This document shows positions 36,516 to 48,250 of a DNA stretch of 60,000 nucleotides, in pieces. Made by a program: the position numbers and the translations under genes. The notes beneath the pieces are model-generated. The model did not search any database. It saw only the letters and a program-made list of their open reading frames with translations, and was not told the origin of the DNA. Source of the stretch: Lama glama (lineage: Eukaryota); assembly GCA_028534125.1 (NCBI GenBank), contig CM052818.1, positions 33,048,001-33,108,000 of the forward strand. The letters run 5' to 3'. Every line of letters begins with the position of its first letter. Position 1 is the stretch's first letter.

Positions 36516-37037
36516 TTACAGAGCCAGCAGAGTGGGGGAGTTCAAGGAGTCTGACGACTGGTCCCCACTGCTACTGCTTCTGCGGTGGGCCTTGGAGCAG
36601 GACTCGGAGGGTGAAGCGGGCGACTCCTGCTCCAGGACGCTGGGGTAGGTGAAGACGAGGTTCGAGGTGCCTGGAGTGATGGCAGGAGTGGAGGTCACCA
36701 CAATAGGGGTGTGCAAGGGCTCCTCCCCGTAGAAGCCCCCAGCAATGCTGATGGGCTTGATCACGGAGCGCTGGGCCTTGTCCAGCCCCGCCGACGAGGA
36801 CGAGGGGCTATCCTCTTCCGGGGGCTCCTGCTTCACCACCACGGCACCCACTCCTCCGCTGCTCCCGCTGTGCAGGGGCTGCAGCCCGGAGGCTGGGGGA
36901 GATCGGCGCTCCTCGGGGCTGATCTTGCACACAGGCCCATGGGCCACCAGCATGAACTCCAGCTTCTCCTTCTCCTTCTGCAGCTCGGCAATCTCCTTCT
37001 GCAGGCCTGACTTCTCCTCCTCCAGCTCCTCCGTTTC
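36516..37037 (-). CDS. FOSL2: FOSL2 coding exon 4 (522 nt incl. TAA; leucine zipper and C-terminal tail)
   Basis: [30 protein letters not shown] zipper, VKQE SUMO-consensus motif, FTYP ERK-docking motif, HRRSSS and SPTLLAL Fos C-terminus; acceptor ctgcAG at 37039-37038; total CDS 984 nt = 327 aa. Confidence 0.98.
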   Translation of the reverse strand, partial: ETEELEEEKSGLQKEIAELQKEKEKLEFMLVAHGPVCKISPEERRSPPASGLQPLHSGSSGGVGAVVVKQEPPEEDSPSSSSAGLDKAQRSVIKPISIAGGFYGEEPLHTPIVVTSTPAITPGTSNLVFTYPSVLEQESPASPSESCSKAHRRSSSSGDQSSDSLNSPTLLAL

Positions 37038-37229
37038 CTGCAGCGGGAAGAGGGGCATGTGAGGGGCAGTGGCAGGGGTAGGGAAGGGGCATCCAATCCC
37101 GGTGGGAAAGGGAAAGCCAGCCATGTCCTCAGAGGACTGACCATGAAGGCAGCCAGCTCATACCCCACTGCCTCTGAGCCAAAGCTTCAGATTGAGAAAA
37201 GAGGGAAGTTGGCTTGGAGGAAAGGTGAA

Positions 37230-37480
37230 TTAACCACTGTGGCCTCCATGGTTGAGCACTTCCTTTGTGCCAGGCACCGTGTTAAGCATTTCACAGGCAT
37301 TATCTCATTCAATCTAGCAGTTTTTTAAGTGGGTATTTCAGCAACCCATTTGGCAGATAAGAAAACTGAGTTTCCAAGACGTTTAATAATTTGCCCCATG
37401 TCACAGAGCAAGCAGATAGGGTAGCCCAGGTTTGACCCCAATGTATCTGACACCAGAAACCATACACTAGTATGCTCTTC
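37230..37480 (-). mobile_element. MIR SINE (intron 3)
   Basis: tgtgccaggcaccgtgttaagcattt ... cagataagaaaactgag ... aatttgccccatgtcacagag. Confidence 0.8.
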
Positions 37481-39343
37481 TGTCTTGGGGCCAGGATGGC
37501 CCCCGGTACCCCTGCAGGGTGAGTAACAGTGAGATCTGGCGGGGGAAGGGAGCCCAGCACGCGCCTCACGCCTCTCTCCTCAGACCTCCTCACCCCATCC
37601 AGCTCGCCCGTGGACACACTCTCAACTCTAAACTGCATAACAGTGGAGATTTCTGTCTGCACACACACGCCTAGGACGGTGTGCAGCTTGTAGGAAATGC
37701 TCAGTCCATCCCAGCTGGATCATCACTGCCCCTCTTCCCTTTTTTGTTCTAAGTAAAGAGCATGTTTCAGGACTCGCAGAACCCGGGAGAACATTCAGTT
37801 CAGCCCCTGTGCTTTAACAGATGAGACCCCTGATGGCCTGGGCAGGCACGTGAGGACGGCAGGGACCCACTGGAAGAACCTCACCCCTCCTTTCACGTCA
37901 GCCGGAGAGGCAGCAAAGCCACATGGAGGGCGTTGTTACGGAAGACAAAAAGGAGTGTATCACCGCCCTCGTCCCCACTTTTCCCTAACACAGATTCCTG
38001 TTCAAGAATGAGCTGACACGGGCCAGAGCTCTGGTAAGCAGAGTACAGCATATTCCGGAGTGAAAAAAAGTTTCCATCTGTCTCAAGGGTTTGATGAACG
38101 TCATGAGCTTCTGAGAGGTTTCCTGTGGAGGATGTGGCTCAGGGGCCTGCGTGGCTGGGTCGTGGGGAGGCGGGGGAGTAGGGTGTGAGGCTTCTGAGCG
38201 AGGGAAGCAGAGGGGCCTCGGAGGGCAGGCTATTCTGGGCTGGTGGGAGGAGTACCCTGGGTAGACCCGGGGGCGTGGCTCCTCAAAGAGTTCGCAGTGG
38301 GGAGGGCTGTCCTGGGGGAATCTCCCATGGAGTGCTGATCACTAACAGATCCACCTCCCCTGGCGTCCGAGAACCCCCACTCATCTTTCCCAACTCTGTC
38401 ACCTCCACGGGACATTACTACCAGCACCACAGAATTCACACAGTGCACACTCAAGACCCAAGAGTGAGGGCTCCAGATGGACAAAGGGAAACAGAAGCAG
38501 GTGGATGGTAACTGGGAGGATTAAATAAAGTAATGGGATGTGCCAGGTAATTATGATTTCCAAAGCACCATCCTGGCCAATCATTGTGAGGACCACCGAC
38601 AGGGTCTCCTTCACCTCCTCACTTTGAAAACATTCCACCCAGGAGAGCTAGTCCTGGCTTTGGGCTTCCTCCGCATGGCAGACGGCCACCCTGTAGGGCT
38701 GGGCTCTGGAGGGACTTACGTGACGTTGGTCAGGTCAAGCTTTCGAGAGGGAAGGGCAGAGCCATGGGCCCCCAGGTGTGGGCAATTAGGCAGCAGGGGA
38801 GAATGACTCATGAGGGCAGCGTGAGGTACCAAGGTGACAGCTTCAGGCTCATAGCAGAGGCGGGGAATGCTCCTGTGCGTGGAGGTTACGAGAAAACCCC
38901 AAGATAGTACAACTCAGCTGCATGTAAGCCATCCCCAAGAGACCCGGAGAGCAGAAGACCCTGCAGAGGTGAAGGGGCTCAGACAGCAGGTCTCCTTGCT
39001 GCCCAAACTAAATCTCTGAAGCGAGGCTGGGCCGCTCATGCTGGCGGCAGGCATGGGGGTGGCTGGAACTTTGGGAAGTAGCCCTGGAGGGGGCAGGTCT
39101 GGGCCTGCCCTGCCCAGGCCTGGCAATGCGGACACCCTCTGCCATCCCTCACCCGGGAGGCCCAGCTGGCCTTAGTGCAGGGACCACTCAGGCCCAAGAA
39201 GCCCTTCCAGGTCTCTCCCTCTGGGCCCGGGCTGTTGCTGAAGGCCAGCCCCCTCCCCTAAGTCCCTTGTTAATCAAGGCAGTGCTAACTCAGGGCTGAA
39301 AGGAAGGAATGTTTGTCTCCACTGACTCATACATAAGCCCCTA

Positions 39344-39535
<192 letters not shown>

Positions 39536-41069
39536 CTAGAGCCAAGGTCGAGGATCACGGTTAGGCGGTTAGGCTCCAGTACATGGTTCACCAGCTTTTT
39601 GGTTTTTAACTGCATTTTAAGTAGGGGAAGAAGCCCTCTGGGACTGAGGAGGGGAGGGAGGAAGGCAGAGGAGTGTGGCTGGGCTCAGAGGTCCCAGAAC
39701 ATGCAGCTCACTGCTGTCTGGATGACAGGGAGGACACCTGGAGCCAAATCCCCAGAAGGTGATGTCGCAGGTTTGAGGAGAAAACAGGGCAGCCGTGGTC
39801 AGGGGCTCGCCAGCCCAGGCATGACGGTAGCATGTGTCATGTCAGCCCTGATTCGGTGCCAAGGCCCAAGAGGATGAGCTGGCTGCTTCCCCCAGAGAGT
39901 CCCCTCGTGCCAGCTGGGCCAGGCCCTGCCCACTTAAGCAGCTTCCTCCAAACTCTGGCTAATTACTCCTCCCCATCACCCTGCCTGCGCTGCAAGCCTC
40001 ATTATCCCCATTTGATTAAGTAGCTGGGCCCAGAGTGAGAACAACCCAGGGGGGAATGTTCTGTTGCCAGAGGGAGTGCTGGGGATGCCACTCCACTCCC
40101 AACTTCTTCTGCCAGCCCCAGCGTGCCAGCTGCTCATTGTTCAAGCCCAAGGACTCACCAGGGTGCCTGGCACAGTGCTGGGCTGGACAGGACCCACAGA
40201 AAGACGGGAGCCCGCAGGTTCAGCAGGTGCCCACCACACCCCCTCATTCAACCAACAAGCACATGCCAGGCACGGCTTGAAGGATTAAAGATTGGTCAGC
40301 AGACCAAATGAACAAAACTCCCCCTACAGAGTTTACAATCCAGCTCCTTACAGTGAGGCTGAGTAGGGGGCTGTGGCTCAGGCCAGAGGGCAAGAGCTCC
40401 TCTGCTCCTCTAAGCAGGGCTGATGCCATTTGCACAGAGCCCTTCCAGGGAACGGCTACTCAGCCCCACACAGGCAGAGGTGATGTGAGGAGATGGCTGT
40501 GGGCCAAGACAGGGAGCAGTTCAAAAGGAAAGAGCACCCCATTCAGTTAACAGACACTACCGCACACCTCCTATGTGCCAAGGGCAGTACCAGGGACTTA
40601 GAAGATTCTGAGAGAATAAGACCTGTGTCCTCAACAGACACATAGGGAAGAGGCTGAAGCCACTTTTGGGAGGGGCAAGAGAGAAGCTGCCCCACCGAGA
40701 GATGCTGCCTTGATCGCCAGCCACCCTGTGAGGGAGGGAGCCGCTCCCCTGACTGGGCCCAGGCCAGAGTCCCCAGGACGCTCCCGGCAGCAGCCCTTCA
40801 GGTGTTTCGCTGTGATGTCCCAACAGCAAAGCAGAGCATAGCATCGCTGTACCCCTCACCCCCACCTGCCCTCCGCAGCAGCCTCCAGGTGGGAGCGCTG
40901 AGCCTGAACCCATCCATCTGGTAACATTCCTGTTAGTCTTCAGGCCCCTTCCAAAGACCTGGTCTTAGAATTTCGCACGGGAGTCCTGGCTCCACTCTCC
41001 TCCTCAAGCCCTGTCCTCCGCCTCCCCAGAAAAGCCAACGACTCAACAGTCTCTCCTCTGAGAGGTGTC

Positions 41070-41260
41070 AGGCAGCCTGGGAACCAAACACAGATGTGGT
41101 ACTTCTGGGTGAATGTGGAAAAATCACTGAACCTCCTGGGCCTCAGATTCCCCTTTTCTAAAATGGGATTACTAGGACCTGCCCTGGCTTCCACAAGGTT
41201 TCTGCAATGATCAGATGAGACGCAGTCTGAGTCCTCTCGCAGCTAGAAAGTGCTAGAAAG
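41070..41260 (+). mobile_element. MIR SINE (intron 2)
   Basis: aatcactgaacctcctgggcctcagattccccttttctaaaatgggat. Confidence 0.7.
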
Positions 41261-42139
41261 AAGATGCGATTCACAGTTCTTCTCTCTGATGTTTTTTCTG
41301 AGTCCTGAAAGAATCCAAATTAACTGGAGACTCAGAGTCCACAGACGCAGGTGCCCTGTTCTCTGCAGGGATCGGCTATGGGCTGAGATCACAAGGTCAC
41401 TTGGCCAAGGCCCTGAACACTTCCTGCTCCTGAACCCATCTCACCCTGAGCCCAAGAGCATTCTCAGGAGAGCCTCACAGCCCCACCGCAGTCCCGGGTT
41501 CAGGGCTCACCACGGAAAGGTATCAGCTTTCCCTTGAGGCCCAGCCAGCCACCCTGGTCCCTCACTGATGAGGGGCAGAAAAGACAGAGACCTGGCCCTG
41601 GTTCATTTCAGCTTCCCTTCCCTCTTGCTGCTTCTGGACATGTTTGGGCTCCCACTTGCCCTAGAAAGTCTCCCCCTATCTGTTGAGGTGTAGGGCAACC
41701 TGCGGGAGCTCTTGCCATAGAAAGTGTTCAGAGACAGTGACAACAGGATTACAGCTTAAGTGTGTCAGCACCACCTATACCCACCCACAAGCCACACACA
41801 CCCTCCCCTGCCCCCACCAAGTCACCACCGCTGGCCTCAGAGGGAGCCTCCGGGGCAGGCTCAGGAGGAGGGCAGTGAGGCACCAGGCAGCTCCTGGTAA
41901 CAGGCTCCTCCCCCTGGGGGAGGCTGGGAAGGCAGAAGTAAGTTTCATAGAATAGACCCCAGGGCCAGGAACCCAAAGGGCCGAAGTTCTAGGATGCTGC
42001 CCCCAAGGCTTCCTCCAAGCTGCCGGATGATTGTGTGAACTCCTAATCGACATGGGATCAAATGCTTCTGGTTCTCTCCTTCCCTCTCAAAAAAGGAAGG
42101 AAATTCTCCAGACAGATTGTTTTAGGGCACGCCTTGGTG

Positions 42140-42335
42140 GTGTGGTGGGAAAGCCACAGGGCTGAAGGTCAAAGGAGGTGGATTCCAGTCCTGGCTCTGC
42201 TACTAACTCACTGCGTGACCCTGGACAGGGCCCTTCTCCTTTGTGGGCTTAGCTTCCTCATCTGTAAAATGGGTGCAGAGGGAAAATTAGAAGAGCTGGT
42301 CTCCAAAGTCTTTCCCAGATATAAACTTCTAAATT
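42140..42335 (+). mobile_element. MIR/MIR3 SINE (intron 2)
   Basis: gtcctggctctgctactaactcactgcgtgaccctggaca ... cttcctcatctgtaaaatgg. Confidence 0.8.
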
Positions 42336-44078
42336 TGGTGTGAGCTAGGTCCAGAAAAGAATGAAGAGCACATCTTGCTTTGTTGACCTGCTAACCCAAG
42401 AGTCTCTCACAAGCCTGGCTCTCACTCATGGGTCCCTTGCATACAGGGAGAAGCCAGCTAGCTCATCAGTGACTATCAAGCTTGGCTCCCTGGGCCCCCT
42501 AAAGGAAGTACAATTACAAAGGACATTAGGATCACGGCTACTGCAATATTTACAACCACAAGTACCAAAAGCAACAGTGAGGGGGATACTGGCCACTTGC
42601 CCCGGCAGCAGAAGCCCAATAGCAACTGGGAACTGAGTCTGGTAACATCTATTACACACACCTCCCCATGCTGCCCCTGCACAGGTCCCGCCCCTAAGAG
42701 AAGAAATCAACATGTAGCAAACACAAGGCCCAGCTTTGTCCTCGGAGGAACAGGGCTCCTCCTGTGAAAGCTTCCAGTTTCTCAGAAAGCAGTCCTTGTA
42801 ATTCTAACTATCCTGGGGACTGGATCCACGATTATCCACTGGGTACCATGTTTGGCAGGTCCTTGGATTGGAATACTGTGGGCCTGGGGATCCCAGAGTG
42901 GAGGTGGTCAGTAGCTGGGATGAGGAGGGGTTCTACGGCTGTAACTGAAATAATTCTCCAGGCTAACATTTCATTTGAAAAAGAGATTCTACTGCTAAAG
43001 TTTGTCCCTTCCCAGACTCTCAGTGACATGATGTGGTAGATGGAGCATGGCATGGGGGGTCCCGGGGACTGGTTCTAGGCCACACTTCCCCACTCCCTTG
43101 CCAAGTGGCCCCAGATAGCTGTGCCCAGGCCTTGGCTATGTCATCTGTGAAGGGGGGCAGATGGGGCTCTTTAAGGGCTCATTCCCTCCTTTCTAGAATT
43201 ATGCATGATTCTGATTTCTCTTTTGGGAATCAGGGGGCCATTGCTGCCCTGGCTCACTGTTAATACAGACGACGGGCCTTTTGAGTGTTGAGTAGATGCT
43301 GCCCAGAGAGCAGAGGCCCCGCCCCTTCCCAGCATCCTTCCCAGCCAGGCTGACTCCCACTCAAAGCTGAACTCCTTGAGGAAAAAAAAGGCTGATGATA
43401 TCTGACCTCCCCTCTCCACCAACCCAGACTCCAAAGACCCAGAGTCCCTGCACTTCTAGAATTTCTAGGCACTTGAAATGGGTTCCTGTCTTGAGTTGGA
43501 GGCCTGGGACATCGGTGTTGCAGGGGTGGGGGTGGGGGTTGTATGGAAATACTTTGGGCGGTGCTGACCTAGAGCAGTCCTCTTTAGGATCACTGGGTGT
43601 CTTGTCTGCACCAAATACTGGGAGACAGTTAAGGGCTAATCCAAAAAAGTTCCCGGCCAAGGTTCCTTGGCTGCTCGTCCTGTGGCCCCTCTGCCAAGGA
43701 TCAGAGGACACCACTGTAGACAGGTCCTAAAAGTCCTGCCCACAAGCTGACGCCTCACCATTCACTACGTGCTTTCCCACCATGATCTCTTAGAGCGACA
43801 GCAAGTCCTGGCCGGCAGGACACCATCTCCATATTGCAGCTGAGGAAACTGAGACTCAGAGATTCTAAGGGACATGGGGGAGATGACAGAGCCAGGCCTG
43901 ACTCACAGGTCTCCAGCTCTGCCTCCAGTGATGAAGGCCATGTGTTCCTGGTCCCCAGCTCTCTCTTCTCCCCAGTGTTCCCAGAACATCTACCCCTGCT
44001 CCCCTCCAGTCTTCAGAAAAACACTCTGCGTTATAAGGCCCTGAAAGCCACCGACGTGGCTCCTGCTCTGAACAGTAC

Positions 44079-44330
44079 CTGCTCATCTCTCCTCCTACGG
44101 CCCACGGTGGTGCCAATGGTCTTGATCACGCCGGGTCTTGGGAGGGCCATGTGTCCGGGGACAGAGGCCAGGCCCGGAATGGGGCTGTAGGGGTGCGAGC
44201 GGGGGTACGGGTTGGACATGGAGGTGATCACTGTGGGCTGCACCATCCACTGCAGGTCCTGGCTGGTCGTGATGGCGTTGATGGTGGGGATGAAGGCGCT
44301 GCCTGAGCCAGGCATATCTACCCGGAATTT
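44079..44330 (-). CDS. FOSL2: FOSL2 coding exon 2 (252 nt, [32 protein letters not shown]...GRRRRDEQ)
   Basis: Fos-family [20 protein letters not shown] motif; pyrimidine tract + acceptor ctcatttcAG (44332-44331); donor CAG|GTACTG. Confidence 0.98.
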
Positions 44331-45359
44331 CTGAAATGAGAAGAAAAATAGGTTTGAGCCCAATAAATACAACAGAACAAGACAAGCAGAAAGTAGGGTC
44401 AGTACCTGGGGGACCAAGATCAGGATTCTGGGCGGGCTTCCTGCACAGCCAAGAATCAAGGGGATCTTAACTATTCCTGGGACCCTCATGTCAGATCCAC
44501 CCCTGACTGAGGTCCTAGGAACTCCATACTCAACTGGCTCAGCAAGGATGTGGTCACATCCCCAATGACTTCTAGGCCAGATGTGGGTCCCAGCAGCTCA
44601 CACTCAGTAGGCCCTCTCTGCAGCCCTCCAAGCCAGCTATGCCCACCTCTGTAGGCGGGTAGGACTCTCACCTGGACCTCCCAAGCCTCTGGGTCACCTG
44701 GCAATTATCCCCCAAGGTACCAGCTTAGGATCCCTTAAGGAGACTTGCACACCAGCTGCTTCAGAGTGACAAAAAAGACCAGGAAGCTTATGCCTGCTTT
44801 TGTTACTTTTTTTCAAACAGGTTCCAGATGGGGCTGAGACCCTATCAGGGGGAGACCAGGTCCGTGAAAAGATGTCCTCTAATCCATGAGACCCAAAAGT
44901 GGTGGCGTCTGCTGCCAGACGTCCCCTCGCTGTCCGTTCTGGACCTCCACCCGCATCACACCTGGGACAGACTCACTGTGTGTCTCTCTACCTATTTATA
45001 CACCGATCTCGGCTCCCAGGCATGTCTGTGGGAAACTGTGGTGCTGCTAGCTCAGAGTTTTCTCCCTGTTGCTTAATTTCTGCCCAGACCACGTTGCAGA
45101 GCTCTCTGGAACATGCTATTTAACGTATAAGTTGATGACAGAGTACAAAAGCTAAAACGGGCCACGGCCGTCAGCAGTGGGCCTGCCCTCCCTGCAGGCA
45201 GCTCCTGGAAAGTGAGGAAGAGGGAGGCGAGGAAGCCTCCCCCACCTCCAGCTTCAGGGGGAGCGCTCCCCTTACAGGACCCTCAGCCTCGGGCGGTTCC
45301 TGTGTCCACAGAAAGGTTCTGCAAATCCCTTCTGCCCTGACCCGGAGGTGGGGAACAAT

Positions 45360-45580
45360 GACAGCAATAATAGCCAGCACCTCCTGAGCACTCACTAAAT
45401 GACCGGTGCCACGCAGTGTTTATCCTAGATTAGCCCATTAATTCTCCCTCTGAGGTAAGAACTACCATTACCTCCATTTTAGAGGCAGAAATTTAGGCTT
45501 AGAGAGATTAAGTAACTTTTCCAAGGCCACGTCCTAGTTAGCAGTGGGGGCAAGATTCAAACCCAGTTCAGCCTGACAAA
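45360..45580 (-). mobile_element. MIR SINE (intron 1)
   Basis: ccattttagaggcaga..aggcttagagagattaagtaactttt ccaaggccac ... gattcaaacccag. Confidence 0.8.
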
Positions 45581-46630
45581 GAGGCCAGATCTCTCGAACA
45601 CAGCGTTACGCAAGCTTCTGTAGCGCTGCTGCTTCCCGCCTCTAAGTCCAGCCCCAAGTGCTGACATCCACCCCTACTGCTCTCAGAAGGAGCGTCAGTG
45701 TCATCCCAGCCAAGGGGTCTCTCACCCAGGAGGTCCCCCAGGTCCGTGTGACCCCAAATGAAGTCCTATTGACATCAGCATGGCTGTGACAGCATCCCCC
45801 CTATTCTGGCCCAATCAGATGAACCAGGACTCAAAGCATCAGCAGCGACGGCAGCTGCCACCACCACGTCTTTGCCCCTGGTGATGACATCTGGGTTCTT
45901 TTGTGCAAATAAAGTGAAGCTTAGAGTACCTCACTGTGGCTGAGGGAGCTGGGGACCCTTCCTTGCTCACTCACTTGCCAGCTGCCTGACCCAGTCTGGG
46001 TGGTGGAATGTGGCTGCCCTGCCTCCCAGTGCCCTGGGGCAACAGGCCAAGGGTATTCGGGGAAGAGAACTACTCCGTGCAATGGATTCTGGGATTCTGG
46101 GAAGTTACCAGTGCAATGGATTCTGGGATTCTACCAGCGCAAGGGGTTCTGGGAGTCCATGAGTAGCAATGCCCAGTGCAATAATGGATTCCAAGTCACC
46201 TCCCAAGGCAGACAACTAACTGGGCTTTTTATCAGGAGCTGACTGAAGAGCAGCAGGTGTATATGAGTGTGTGCATGTGAAGGAGGGCCGGGTGCAGTGA
46301 ACACAGACGGATTCAAGTGGGAAAAGATCTTCAAGGGGAAGAAAACGGACAACCAGGGCTGGCTGTGAGGAGGCGGGGGACTGAGAACACGTGAGCAGCT
46401 GAGTGTGTGCAGAAGCGTAAAGGCCCATGCAGCTGTGTTTCCCTTGAGCTGCTGGATCAGGAAGGAGGGCGGGAGCTAGTCTGAGTCAGGGGACCTGGAT
46501 CTCAAGCCTCAGTGAATCCCTGAGGACTCAGTTTCCTTGTCTGGAAAGGGGGATACTAACACCAAACTCACTGCATAATCATGAGGATTAAATAAAAAGC
46601 TGCTTATAATCACAGGCTATAAAATCATAC

Positions 46631-46809
46631 CAGTTGTTCTCAACCCTGGCTGCACAGCAGAATATTCTGAGGAGCATTTTAAAATTGCCGATACCAAAGC
46701 CAGCCTTGCTATTAGAGTTCCAAAATCACTGCTTTGGGGTGGGGTTCCGAGGTAAATTTTAAAAACACCTGGGGAGATTTGAACATGCAGCCAGGGTTGA
46801 GAAGTGCTG
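46631..46809. mobile_element. MER5-like hAT-Charlie MITE
   Basis: Terminal inverted repeats cagttgttctcaaccctggctgca ... tgcagccagggttgagaagtgctg, ~180 bp. Confidence 0.85.
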
Positions 46810-46833
46810 TAAGTGAGTGGAAGGTGGCATCGT

Positions 46834-46871
46834 CATCACCACCATCACCACCACCACCACCACCACCACCA
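46834..46871. repeat. (CAC)n trinucleotide microsatellite
   Basis: catcaccaccatcaccaccaccaccaccaccaccacca. Confidence 0.9.
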
Positions 46872-48046
46872 CAGGTAAGTATCTGTGTACTCTGCATGGG
46901 ATGGCTCCAGGGAGAATCACCAGCTTCCCATTCCTGGGAAGCACCCAACATTTTTATCCTGTTTCTCTCCCCAGGTCAGGTTCTGGGTTTGAAGGACACC
47001 AAGGCATCCAGTGCAATGGTTTAATGTCACCCTCTACTTCTGTTGGGGAATTGTCCTTTTCCTAAAAGGAAAGCATCCAAGAAATTCACTCCTCATTCCA
47101 CTAAAAAAAAGAGAGAGAGAGAGCGAGAGCTCTGGTCTCAGGCTAGAGGAGGTAAGCAGCAAAAAACCTGAGGCAAAGCTTAGAGACTAAGATCTCTTAG
47201 GACTAAGTAGCTGACTCTCAGCCCCTCCCTGGGGCCCTCCAGGTCCCTTGCTCTGTGATGGCAGGTCTACAGAATGTGCTGCTTGCCCGGCCATCAGCCA
47301 GATTCCTTGCAGCAATGGCTTGGTCTAGACAAAACAAGACAGCAATAAAAACAAGGCAGTAGGTAATGACTGCCTCTAAATGCGTGTACAACGTGTTTCA
47401 GAGGGAGGTAAAGCCATCTGGATAACACACTGGCTCTAAACTGCAAGGAAAACAATGTCCTGTCCCCACAGGGAATGGGGGCTCTGATAAAGAAGGCTTT
47501 TGTCTCCAAGAGGAGCCTCTTGGAGACACAGACAAAAGTTTGAAATCTGACAGATGGGTCTTGTCTCAACTCCAAAGGTATTTTTCAGAAAGTGACACTG
47601 GGGTGGGACAGAAAAGGTGAGCCTAGGAGTTTGTGGTCCCAGGAGTGAGGCTGGCATTCTTCTCTGTCAACAGACCCAAGAATCAGTCAAATGTCGTGTT
47701 GAGGACAAATGGTTCTCTACGAACGGGTTGACACTAAACAGAAACCAACATAGGGTTTCCCAGCTGCAGGCATTGGGCAATTTGACCCCTGCTGTGGCAC
47801 CAGGTGTGTACTGGGTGTCGGGGGCTAGAGGAGGTAATTGGGGACCTACTTGACTCCCCCGGGGCTCTCCAGCCCCCTTGGAAGCTCCTCCTCCAGGGAC
47901 AGGATCGAAGATGCTATGTTGGATGGCTGTGTGGTATCCAGCCTGGCAGAGCCTCCACAAATGCTTTGTTTAACTGTGTCATCCTGTTGACTTCTGGGTG
48001 GGCAAGAATGCCTATAAAAGGACAAATTGGCCCCGACCTCCTAGAG

Positions 48047-48250
48047 CAGATTTTGGCAAACTTTTACTGTAAAAGGCCAGATAGTAAATATTTTAGACTT
48101 TGCAGGCCATAAGGTCTCTGTTGCAACTACTCAGCTCAGCCATTGTAGCGTGAGTGTGGCCACAGACGATGTGTAAACAAACAGGCGTGCCTGCACTCTC
48201 TTAAGCCTTGTTTACAAAAACACTTGGGCCATAGTTTGGTGACCCCCCTG
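48047..48250 (+). mobile_element. MER58A-like hAT-Charlie MITE with 8-bp TSD
   Basis: ggcaaacttttactgtaaaaggccagatagtaaatattttag ... gggccatagtttggtgacccc; TSD tcctagag (48039-48046) / tcctggag (48251-48258). Confidence 0.9.

Noticed and set aside
36711..37168. Alternative-frame and antisense ORFs over exon 4
   Set aside because: Shadows of the GC-rich FOSL2 coding sequence
46045..46192. CRISPR-like repeat-spacer appearance
   Set aside because: Eukaryotic intron, 18-bp degenerate units with short irregular spacers, no cas genes
46712..47065. ORFs with poly-Gly/Pro/Val/Thr runs
   Set aside because: Translations of the (CAC)n microsatellite and a MER5 relic
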